Source: Halocafeteria seosinensis (Eukaryota). From it: DNA of 64,000 bases. Each line of letters starts with the position of its first letter. The stretch's first letter is position 1. The notes beneath the pieces are model-generated. The model did not search any database. It saw nothing but the letters and a program-made list of their open reading frames with translations, and was not told where the DNA came from. The stretch covers positions 1 through 64,000 of the forward strand of contig LVLI01000329.1 in the NCBI GenBank assembly GCA_001687465.1, read 5' to 3'. The position numbers were made by a program, and so were the translations under genes. Of the stretch, positions 22,517 to 33,466 are shown one piece after another.

Positions 22517-24224
22517 TTAGGCCTTGATGATTTTGGCCTGTTCCCACTTGAATTCAGGTTCGCTGCGGCCGAAGGCACCGTATGTGCAAGATTTCTGGAA
22601 GATGGGCCTTTTCAAGTCAAGATGGCGAACCAATGCACCGGCTCTGAAGTCGAATTCCTTGCGGAGGAGATCTTCTAATTCGGATTCGGTCTTCTTGCTT
22701 GTACCGTAAGTATTGACGTTAATGCTTAAGGGTTCAGCAACACCAATAGCGTACGACAATTGGATCAAGCAGCGGTTGCAAAGACCGCTTTTGACAAGAC
22801 TCTTGGCGGCCCAGCGAGCGGCGTAGGCAGCAGATCTGTCGACCTTGGTTGGGTCCTTGCCAGAGAAAGCACCACCTCCGTGGGCTCCCCATCCTCCGTA
22901 GGTGTCCACAATGATCTTTCTTCCGGTTAAGCCGGCATCTCCGTGAGGTCCACCAATGGTGAATTTTCCGGAGGGGTTCAGATGGTATACAGTCTTGTCA
23001 TCGAGAAGGTTAGCGGGGACGACGGGTTTGATGACCTTTTCTTTCAGTTCTTTCTGGATGGTGGCGTTATCTACATCTGGGCTGTGTTGTGTGGAGATGA
23101 CGATGGTGTGGACGCGTTGGGGGATCATCTTTCCGTTTTCTTCCTTGTACTCTACGGTCACTTGGGTCTTGCCGTCAGGGCGCAGCCATGCGAGTTCACC
23201 GCTCTTGCGTGCTTCAGTCAATCGGTAACCCAATTTGCTGGCAAGCAAGTGGCTGAGCGGCATGGCCTCTTCGGTCTCGTCAGTGGCGTAACCAAACATG
23301 ATACCTTGGTCACCGGCACCAACATCTTCGTCGTCACGTCCTTCGTGCACACCCTGAGCAATATCAGGACTCTGGTCCTCGATGGCGACGATGACGTTCA
23401 TATCTTTGTAGTCAAGTCCCTTGTCAGCAGAGTCGTAGCCAATTTCCTTGCAGGTGTCGCGGACGACCTTTTCGTAGTCGACCTTGGCCTTGGTGGTGAT
23501 TTCACCGAAGACCATCACCATACCAGTCTTGGTAGCGGTCTCACATGCAACCTTGGAGTTGGGGTCCTGAGCTAAGCATGCGTCGAGGATGGCATCAGAT
23601 ACCTGATCGCAGATCTTATCTGTGAAGAACATCAAAAAGACGCTAGTTTAGAGCACAGTACCAATTCCCACTCATCAACAATTAAATGCACATCATGGAC
23701 AAGCTCTTTATACACGTTTACATGTAAGGCACTTGATGCCCATGGGCCATGCTTGCGTCTTGTGCTGTGTCTTGTTCTTCTCTCCTGTTCCCGATTGAGA
23801 ACACTGGCACTCGGAACACGAATTCCGGCGCGTTTCTACACCCTTTACAGTGTTACCAATGGTAAGCATTGCATTCATGTCATACAAACATGCTCATACA
23901 TCGTCTCTACGAATACTTTGACCACCCCTGTCCGCTATGTGTACAAGAAACCCTGATCAGAACACACCTGTACCTCAAGTGACACCGTTGCGGAGGGTGT
24001 TCCCAACCCAGAACATTCTCAATACACGCCATTTCAGGCACATATGAGCCATATACAGACTCTGTGCTCAAGCATGCTACTCTGCTTCCCCTTCCCATTT
24101 GTTGCTAGTATGTCTGTGTCACTCCCAGAACAGGCGCAGGCGAGAACACAGCTCAATTCCGGCACTTACCAGGATGCCCCTCGTTGACGGATTCAGAGGT
24201 AAAGATAAATGATTTACTGGCCAT
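22517..24224 (-). CDS. MAT: S-adenosylmethionine synthetase (canonical MAT); exons 24224-24170 and 23619-22517
   Basis: [62 protein letters not shown]. One 550-nt intron (GTAAGT...TCACAG). Confidence 0.98.
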
Positions 24225-24643
24225 TTTGATTGACTTAAGATTCGATATCTTAAAAAATATACGCAAATATTACTTTAATAGCTTTTTACACCGGTCTGTA
24301 AAAGCGGAAGATTACCTTGACAATGCAATCGATATTCTTTATCTACTGTAAACATGGGCTCCCAAGTTCCCTACCGAACAATCATTTCGGAAGCATATCC
24401 CGTCCGGGTCTTCGGCCCGGACCGGACCTAGCAACGTGGCAAAGGGGACAGCAACACGGGGAATCCGAAGGGAACAAAAAAGGTGGGCAGTTCTGGTCTG
24501 GTGGATATGGCAAGGTTTTGCCTTTTTTAGAGTCTATACACCGCCAATAATTGACTAACGAGTCTGGAAGTCTGTTACTAGAGGTGTGGCAGTACTAATA
24601 CAGTCGGAAGATCTTGCGTATTTTGTGTCTGGCGTGGACAATC

Positions 24644-27391
24644 ATGCAAGGAACAATGTTTACACGAAGCTCAGCAGGGCGTTGTCTTCGGCGCAATCTA
24701 CTGGCTTTGCATCGCCGTAGAGCCACGATGACGATGACCCAAGGCCGTCACGGACTTCGCAGCTACGCTGCCCCGGCGGCGGCTGCCTCTTGGAGCACGT
24801 CGTTAGCCCCTGCACCGAGCTCCAAAGTCATGGGAACCCGGGAACTTTCGAGTGCTGCTGCCGAAGGCTTCCAAAATGAAGCCGGAGAGAAACTTTTTGA
24901 TAAGATCCTCATTGCCAACCGAGGAGAAATAAGTTGCCGAGTCATTCGCTCAGCTCAGAAGCTAGGTAAGCGTCGCTTCGACTCGAGTGTTGAATGATGC
25001 ACGGGGACTTGACTTAAGGGGGTTTTGTACAGGCATTAAAACCGTGGCAATCTATTCGGAACCGGATGTGCATGCCTTGCACGTGCGTTTGGCTGATGAG
25101 GTGGGTTAGATGAAATTCTTGCGCTGCGATTCGCCTTTCTAACGATGCCCCTTGGATGTTGCCACAGAGCGTTTGTGTGGGACCTGCGGCATCGGGGGAA
25201 TCGTACCTGAACATTCCTGCGATTCTCGACGCAATCGAGAAGACTGGAGCACAAGCCGTACACCCTGGATATGGTTTCTTGTCAGAAAACCACCACTTTG
25301 CCGAAGAATTAGAAAAGAAAGGTGTCTCTTTCATTGGGCCCAATACCAGAGCCATCACCGCCATGGGCGACAAGATTGAAAGCAAGCAGTTAGCTCGCGA
25401 TGCCAACGTTAACACAATCCCAGGTTTTCTGGGACTCGTGAATACCAATGATGAAGTGAAAAAGATTGCCAATGAAATTGGATACCCGGTTATGCTCAAG
25501 GCGTCCGCGGGAGGTGGTGGTAAAGGAATGAGGATCGCTTGGAGTAAGTTCATAACGTCCCCTTTGTAGAATGACCTCGTATCCACAAAGTGTTACGATC
25601 TGTCGCACAGATGACGAGGAGGCAATAATGGGCTATCGCTTGTCCAAACAGGAAGCCCAGTCCAGTTTCGGCGATGATAGAATATTCATCGAAAAGTATA
25701 TCGAAGAACCTCGGCATATTGAGATCCAAGTACTTGCAGATAAACACGGCAATGTTGTTGCTTTCCCCGAACGTGAATGCTCTATACAACGACGAAACCA
25801 GAAGGTGATTGAGGAGTCGCCCTCCATGCTGTTGGACAAGGAGACGAGGAAGGCCATGGGCGAACAGGCATGCCAGTTAGCTAAAGCAGTCGATTATGTA
25901 TCCGCCGGTACCGTGGAATTCTTGTGTGACAAGCACAAGAACTTCTTCTTCCTCGAAATGAATACGCGCTTGCAAGTTGAGCACCCGATTACAGAATATG
26001 TATCAGGTGTCGACTTGGTGCACCAGATGCTCCGCATTGCTGCAGGGCATCCGCTGCCTCAGAGTCTTATCGACGCCTGGAATACTCCCGAAGGTATGCC
26101 AATTAAAGGCTGGGCTATCGAAAGCCGAGTGTACGCGGAAGATCCCTTGAGGAACTTCCTTCCCTCCATTGGAAGACTCGACAGATATGTGGAACCTTCT
26201 CTGACACATGTAGTCCCACAGGATAAATCTGAGGAAGACGTCCTTGCAGAAGCACAAGATGACCCGAGTGGTCACGGATTCGGCGGTGTCCGTATTGACG
26301 CTGGCGTGTCGGAAGGCAATGAAATCAGCATGTTCTACGATCCGATGATTTGCAAGCTAGTTACGCACGGGAAGGATCGTCCCGAGGCTTTACAAAAGAT
26401 GAGAGACGCTTTGGATTCTTATACAATTCGCGGAGTTGGGCATAACGTAGAGTTCCTCCGCGACATCATGGATAGTCAGCGCTTCATAGATGGGAAATTG
26501 ACGACCAATTTTATTCCCGAAGAATATCCTGATGGTTTCCAGGGACGAAAACTAGACCCCGAGCATCGAGCACATATGGCAGCTAGTGCGGCCTTGATGC
26601 ATGTCATTCGGCAATCACGCCAGTACGCAACGACTGGTCAAGCGCACGAACGAGGTGCCGACACCTCAGGTGACGGCGCATTTGGCTTCGACGGAGTGGG
26701 TGGGACATACGGTGTTCATCCGTTATGTGTTTCACTATCTCCCGAACCTGGTATGAAAGCTGCCACCGACTCAGAGACCGCGAGCTCTGACAAACGTCGA
26801 ACCTGGTACGCGACCAGTGTTGACTGGGACCAATACGGCAGAGACGCAATAGTGTCTGTAGTACCGCCACCAGCGGAAGGAGCTTCTGAGGAAGAGGCTG
26901 CAAGGGAAGCTGTGTACTTCGCCCTCTCTGATGTGGACTGGACGTCGGAAGACCCCCTAATGAAAGCTCATTTGGGCAAGGTAGACGTGAATGAACAAGG
27001 AGATGGAAGTGATGAAATCCCTGTACATGATTCTTTAAAATTGCTGATGCAACACAATAAGCGACTTCCCGAAGGATTTTCTCTAGGATACCGTGGTGCG
27101 TTGCGAGACTGCGCAGTGAGAACCCCCCGTCAGCAAGAGCTGTGCAAGTTTATGTTGCATAAGCCTGGTATCGATTATTCGAAGGTGCTTGTCTCGCCAA
27201 TGCCTGGAAGCTTGATCTCTCTCGCTGTCGAAGAAGGAGAAGAAGTTGAAGCTGGCCAAGAAGTGGCTATTGTAGAGGCAATGAAGATGCAAAACGTGCT
27301 GCGGGCAGAGAAGAAGGCCAAAGTGAAATCTGTTAAGGCTAACCCGGGGGATACGCTGAGTGTCGATCAGACGATTGTAGAATTTGAGTGA
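24644..27391 (+). CDS. PCCA: Propionyl-CoA carboxylase alpha subunit, mitochondrial (multi-exon)
   Basis: Arg/Ala/Ser-rich transit peptide, [66 protein letters not shown] and the biotinyl motif [11 protein letters not shown]. Confidence 0.93.
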
Positions 27392-27463
27392 TTCACTTAG
27401 TGGATATTTTGGCCAGTGTACGAGAAATGAAATAGACACATTGAAATACTTCACGCGATTGTA

Positions 27464-29064
27464 TTATTTTGCATTGTCGGTATTGGCTTCTGGCTGAGGA
27501 GGTGGTCTCACTGAGTTCACTTCTCCATTCCCCGAACCGATCGCTAAATGCTTCATGCGCTCAGCAGCATTTTGCGACCCATTGCTGTCATTACTTTGGC
27601 TCAATGTGGCCCCATGAGAAAGCAGCATGCCGTCTCTACCGATTCCTTCGTTTACGCTCCCAAAGCTTTCTCGTGAAGACATTGAGCCTTGAGCGAAAGA
27701 AAAATTCGCAAAGCTGGGTGGAGTGCTGCCCATATGGTCCTTCAGGTTTGAACCACTCGGGGAAGGAGTTACTGCTGCAGGCTCATTCGTAAACTCCGCC
27801 GCAATGTTGTTTGTGTCGTAAACATCCTGTACATTGGGTTTCCACGGAGGAGTAAGCTCGCTCTTCTCTAGCTTTTCCCAGTCAATATCACTGAAAAACG
27901 GGTGTTTTTTAACCTCGTCAGCGCCGTTGTACCCCAAACGCTTTGTAGGGTCTCTGGCGAGCATTTTGCTACAAATATCCACAGCATCTTCGGACATAAA
28001 TGATGGAGGATTCAGCTTTCCTTCTAAAATTTTGCGGTACATAACTTGTCTGTTTTTGTCATAAAAGGGAGGAAGGCCAGATATCATTTCGTACAATAGA
28101 GTTCCTAAGCTCCACCAGTCCACTGCTTTCCCATAAGATTTCTTTTTCAAGATTTCGGGAGCCAAATATTCCGGAGTCCCACAGATGGAAGTGATGGAGT
28201 CATCATAAACTCCTTGCTTTGACAATCTGTACGAGCGGGGTCCCCAAATAGTTGGTACATCTCAGTCTCCGAATGCACACGGCAACTTACCCAAAGTCTG
28301 TTATGCGGATATGACCCTCCGCGTCCAGTATCAAGTTTTCTGGTTTTAAGTCCCTATACACTATGCCTTTATCATGCAAATAACCTAGGGCGCTAGCAAT
28401 CTCCGCTGCATAAAACTTTGCTCTTTTTTCAGAGAATCTCCCTCCTTCCGAGAGGTAGTAGTACAGTTCACCTCCATTGAAGAAGTCTGAATCATCCAGG
28501 GATCAACTAACACTATTAAGCCGCATCATTGCGCGAAGCGACTTACCAAATACCATATATAATTTATGTTCCGTTTGAAAGGCGTACCACAACGACACGA
28601 TGAAAGGGTGCCGTATGGTCTCGAGAATCCTTCGTTCACTCAGTGTGTGGTCGTACTGTTTGCGCTTTAGAATAAAGTCCTTCTTGAGGACTTTCATCGC
28701 ATATATTCTCTTCGAATCCTTCTTTTGTACCTGTATAATGGCAGCACGATGCAGATATGTTCTGGTTCCAGAGATGCAAGTCGCAGTTAATTATGCTCAC
28801 CTGGATCACTTTTCCGAACGACCCCCTTCCCACTGTTTTCAGGAAGTCAAAATCATCTAATGACGCCTTCTTGGCGTTCCTTATCCCCATATGCTTGCGT
28901 AAGACATCACTTTCTTCTTGCTCCGCGTGACCATTGCCTTCATCCCCTGTTTGCCCCCTTGCATTATCTTTTTGTTGATTCTCCGCCGCCGCTGCTCCTC
29001 CAGACGCCGTACTTTTCTCTCCTTGCTGTTGTGCCTGTTGCGGTTTGCTCTTGTTGTTTCCCAT
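27464..29064 (-). CDS. AGC-family Ser/Thr kinase (Akt/SGK-like, no PH domain, N-myristoylation motif), multi-exon
   Basis: [59 protein letters not shown], and hydrophobic motif FANFSF. Confidence 0.92.
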
Positions 29065-29317
29065 GATTGCACGAGTATAAAGTGTATTATACAATAATGA
29101 GAACCGGAGCAGCTGCTGGAGCTGGGAAATTCGTAGCAGAGAATCTTGTGGTACTCAGCTATTCACGTAAACGAGGGCGCCACGCAGTATATGAAGAAGA
29201 AAAAAAATCCAGCTACCAATCAATCGCACAGCGGCGCATCATGCATACATATATTGCATACAATGCAGTGCGCACGCGGGTTGAATTTCCGGAGTTCGGA
29301 CCGAAATCCGGTCCGAA

Positions 29318-29934
29318 ATGACCGAAGTGGATGAAAGAAGCGTAAACTACCTGCGTTGTTAGTCTGCTGGCTACCGTAATTTGGGGGGTGCAATGAAATT
29401 TTACGATTTTAGGTTTACTCTAGCTAGTGGCATGCTCCAAGCTGTGTCGTCACAGTTTGGAAAAGTGGGAGCCGATGGAAATGTTCCATTGACTGCTAGC
29501 GTAGCGCTAGCACTATGTGGAAGTCTGCCTCTAACGCCGAGTTGGACACTTCCATACGGCTTTAGTTGCTCCGAAGCGGTAGGTGTGGTTGAATGACAGA
29601 GTTGCACCTTATTCACCTAACACGGCACCACGGGTAGATTTTGCAGATGGGATACCTGTTACGCGCGAGCAGTTTGGTGCTGATGATACTCATCAATACC
29701 ACAGGAGTAGCCCTTTCCGTCAAGGGAATGCAGCACGTAGGATCCACGCTGCATACAGTTCTAACGGTGGTTATCAATATTTTTGTCTCCGCATTGCTGA
29801 GCTGGATACTTTTCAACGAGGTGCTTTCTTCGCAGTGGTGGATTGGAGCTGGGATCGTCTCATGTGGCGTAGCCCTGCTGGTAGCGGGAGAGGCTGAAGC
29901 CGCATCGGGAGACGAAAAGCTTAAGGAATCTTGA
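29318..29934 (+). CDS. TMEM42: TMEM42-like small DMT-superfamily membrane protein (multi-exon; start uncertain)
   Basis: LASGMLQAVSSQFGK and STLHTVLTVVINIFVSALLSWILFNEVLSSQWWIGAGIVSCGVALL. Confidence 0.7.
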
Positions 29935-29939
29935 ATGCA

Positions 29940-30637
29940 TTAGACGGCGCAAATTTCCCACTTGGAGTCCCCTTTGAAAGGTCTCTCCCAAGTGACCAAG
30001 TTTTCCACTCTAAAGAAAGGTGTATCCTCCATCGTGTCGTCCGGAATCGGTTCGCGGGCATAGCCGGCTTCCTCAATGTTAAAGGGCGACACACCTACAG
30101 CGCCCAGCTGAATAGGCGGTTCCCATGTGCTCTTTCCAGTTTCTTGGTTATAGTAGAACACTCTCCCGGAAACGTAATCGACCGCAGGCAGCCAAACTCC
30201 TGATCCATGGGTCCTCTGAAGAGTTTGCGCCATCCCACCTACCTTCTGGAATTTCGTCGGAGTACCTGCCTTCTCAGCGTGAATGTACTTCGTCTTCCCT
30301 GAAGCACTCTTAACTCTTGAGGCCCTGCGGGAAGATTTTGGTGTTGACTTTTGGGTTTGGATGATAGGTCTCGGTTGATCCTCCTCTCTGAAGCTGAGAG
30401 TGACAGGTATTTGTCTACTGACAACCTTAGCGGTGACTTGTGCATGGGTTGGATCGGACATTGCTCCCCCTTGCATCGGTACACCACTTTTCCCGTATAA
30501 CAGTCGTATTTGCAATATCTGTGTCATCGACGAGGAATTAGTCAATTTTGTGAGCCCACCACCTCCATGCACCTACCTCCTACGTACCTGAATGGGTTCA
30601 AGAAAGTTGACAAGATCCATTCCTCGTGTTTCGCCAT
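29940..30637 (-). CDS. Small WW-domain protein (start approximate)
   Basis: GVWLPAVDYVSGRVFYYNQETGKSTWEPP is a clear WW domain. A second, degenerate WW-like stretch (PFFRVENLVTWERP) follows. Confidence 0.75.
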
Positions 30638-31710
30638 AATAGTGTTCCGAATTTTCTAATCCGGCTTTAACAGACTGCGCCGAACGAAATTAAAGGGCGT
30701 GATGCCAGCTTGTTCGGGTATCCGATGACTCATGCCACGTACTTTAAAAAATGGATCAGTACAAAGATTGCGCAGCGTTTGTACATCATTCTCAGCATGT
30801 GCAGCATAAAATGCACGCAGAGAGTCCTGTATAACTCAAAATACCGTATAACCATTCGTAGTCAAAGCGAATGAAGGGACATGCCAGTTGGCCGGGAACT
30901 TACTCGAGCAACTTCGTTCTGAAACAAGGAGTAGCTAAAGTCACGCAACTTGCTCTCAATTTGTACCCGAGCCCTGCAATAAGAATACAAGCAACAAGAT
31001 TACGTCATGATGCACACTCGAGGGAGATTGACGTACCTGTAACTCTTCCAGTTCGATTGCTTCTCACGTATTAGGGTTCGTAGAGAGGCCAGTGGACTCC
31101 GTTCAAAACCAAGATATTGGACCGAGAATGGTACTCTGGGCTGCGTCTGCTGTTGTAATCGCTCCATATACTGGGGTGAGGAAGTCGTCCATCTCGATAG
31201 ACGAATGGGCACGGGCTCGAAAATGCGTCCAGGGGACAAGTTGGATGCCGCCTGTCGGCCTGCCATAATGGAAACAGTAATACCAAGAAGCTGAATCCTA
31301 CCAAGCAATTATGGACAATCCGTACTAAACGTCGTATACTGTATTCGATTGGAACAAATGGCAGGTGAGTCAGGTCATGTTCACAAGTGCTGTTACCAGC
31401 TACCACGCTTCGCTAAGGGTGGGTATTCCCACTGAGGTTAGAGCATACCATAAACAGAAGGTGAATTACACGAAAGTACGGGCACCACACAAGAAATTTG
31501 AGTTATTATTATTTATCCCGTGTGAACCTACACTGATGAAGGATCCACCACTCATATGTACAATTGTACATTGTACAAGTGTATTACACAGAACTTTCTC
31601 CAAACATTAGCATTTGAAATCCGCATTGCTTTCCCGAGTTATTTCATTCCCACGCACAACCACATGCTCGAAATGGTTCAAAGACTAACGCAATCTACCC
31701 GCTCTCAGAG

Positions 31711-33297
31711 CTAGCAGATGTCAACGGATTGAATTACCACGGGGCCAGCTCTCAGCAGATTGGCTCCAGTCCATGCTAAGCCTAGCTGTGTTCCCCAACT
31801 TACGATTACGGATCCATGAAGATACTTCAGCGCTTCTTCTTCGTGGCTGGCTAGAGTGACATCTAACTCTGGAACATTGCGGAGGTGTTTGAAAGCCCCT
31901 ACAGTAATAGTGCTCTGATCACACTTCTTCATACTGAGAGACTGAATGTTGCGTAAGTGATGAAACGCTTCATCTGTAATCGTCGACTGATTACACCTAA
32001 CCATGCTCAACGCCCGCAAATTTGATAGATGCTGGAATGCCGCATCCGTGATGGTGGCTTGATTGCACATGGACATATCCAATTCACGGAGATGCGAAAG
32101 ATGCCAGAAAGCGCGATCTGTGATAGTATTCTGATGACACTTTTGCATGCTCAGCCGACTCAGGTGCCGCAGATGTGAGAATGCCTGGTCTGATATTGTC
32201 GTCTGTGTGCATCCCTCCATATGTAGTTCGAGAAGCCGTCCCAAATGCTGAAACGCTTTGCCATCAATTGTGCTCTGGTAGCAGTCTGACATATCCAGGT
32301 ACGTTAGTGTGGAAAGTTCACGAAAGGCTTCGCCAGTTATTTTGCTTTGGGTGCAGTTCGACATTCTAAGAACACTGAGATTAAGGAAGTGCCGAAAAGC
32401 CGTATTAGTTAGGCAATCTTGGTTGCACCCGCTCATATCCAAAGTGCTTAACTCGGACAGATGCTGAAACGCACTGTCTGTTATTGTGGTTTGAGCGCAG
32501 TTCCGCATACTGAGTTCGCGCAGTCCAGACAAGTGCTCGAACGCATGGTCACTGATAGTCGTCTGGCGACAATCATTGATGTTTAGTTTTGTTACACGGC
32601 TAAAGAACCGAAACGCCTCATTTGTGATAGTAGTTTGGTCACACCTCCCTATCTCTAGTTCATTCAGTGCTGGGAGGTGTTGAAAGGCGGCATCAGTCAG
32701 GGTGCTTTGATTGCACCCTTCCAACGACAACGACGTAACATTAGAAAGATGTTGAAAGGCTCTATCGGAGAGTTGAATACACATATTGACGTCTAGATCC
32801 ACCAAACTTCCTAGGTGCTGGAACGAATTATCCGTAATATCGTGTTGGTCACACCGAGCAAATGAGAGCTTCGTTAGCGAAGACATATGTTCAAAGCACT
32901 CGCCGCTGATGGATGCATGCGTACATCCGCTGAGATCAAGTTCTTTTACTCTCTTCAATCGGGCCAATCCCTGATCAGAAATAGCTTTGGCAAACGGTGA
33001 GACTTTTATAGAGGTAACTCTCCGAAGGTGGTGCAAATCTGTGTCAGTGATGTTGGTTGATGCAATTTGATGTCTCCCTTGAAAGTTCGGGTACCATTTC
33101 ATCCACTTTTGTAGGTTCGTTCTGTTCCTATGAACAAATACGGCATTCCTCCATTGTAAGCGAAGACTGAACCATCCTAAACGACGCTGTATAAGGTACC
33201 AGCGCTTGATCTCTTCCTCATAATCACCGTGGAAGCGTTCACTATACCAAGCCAAAAACACCTCCAAACCCAATAACACTGTTTTATCCGCCGGCAT
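31711..33297 (-). CDS. Intronless cysteine-containing leucine-rich repeat protein (FBXL/AMN1-like LRRs)
   Basis: About 15 tandem 24-aa repeats such as LRELSMRNCAQTTITDSAFQHLSE in a 528-aa ORF. Confidence 0.88.
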   Translation of the reverse strand: MPADKTVLLGLEVFLAWYSERFHGDYEEEIKRWYLIQRRLGWFSLRLQWRNAVFVHRNRTNLQKWMKWYPNFQGRHQIASTNITDTDLHHLRRVTSIKVSPFAKAISDQGLARLKRVKELDLSGCTHASISGECFEHMSSLTKLSFARCDQHDITDNSFQHLGSLVDLDVNMCIQLSDRAFQHLSNVTSLSLEGCNQSTLTDAAFQHLPALNELEIGRCDQTTITNEAFRFFSRVTKLNINDCRQTTISDHAFEHLSGLRELSMRNCAQTTITDSAFQHLSELSTLDMSGCNQDCLTNTAFRHFLNLSVLRMSNCTQSKITGEAFRELSTLTYLDMSDCYQSTIDGKAFQHLGRLLELHMEGCTQTTISDQAFSHLRHLSRLSMQKCHQNTITDRAFWHLSHLRELDMSMCNQATITDAAFQHLSNLRALSMVRCNQSTITDEAFHHLRNIQSLSMKKCDQSTITVGAFKHLRNVPELDVTLASHEEEALKYLHGSVIVSWGTQLGLAWTGANLLRAGPVVIQSVDIC

Positions 33298-33466
33298 GAT
33301 TAACTACTAGATATAACGTTGGTATTCACTACATTTTGCCTTCTGTATCTCCCCCTGAAACCCTCAATAACACCTCCTCTAACAACAATTTGTCAACAAT
33401 CCCTCCGAGTTATTCAGGTTTGTTTACATGGTACAATGACCCATTTTATTTAAGCATTTCAGTATA

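Noticed and set aside
22943..23575. 210-aa plus-strand ORF
   Set aside because: Antisense shadow of the codon-biased MAT coding sequence.
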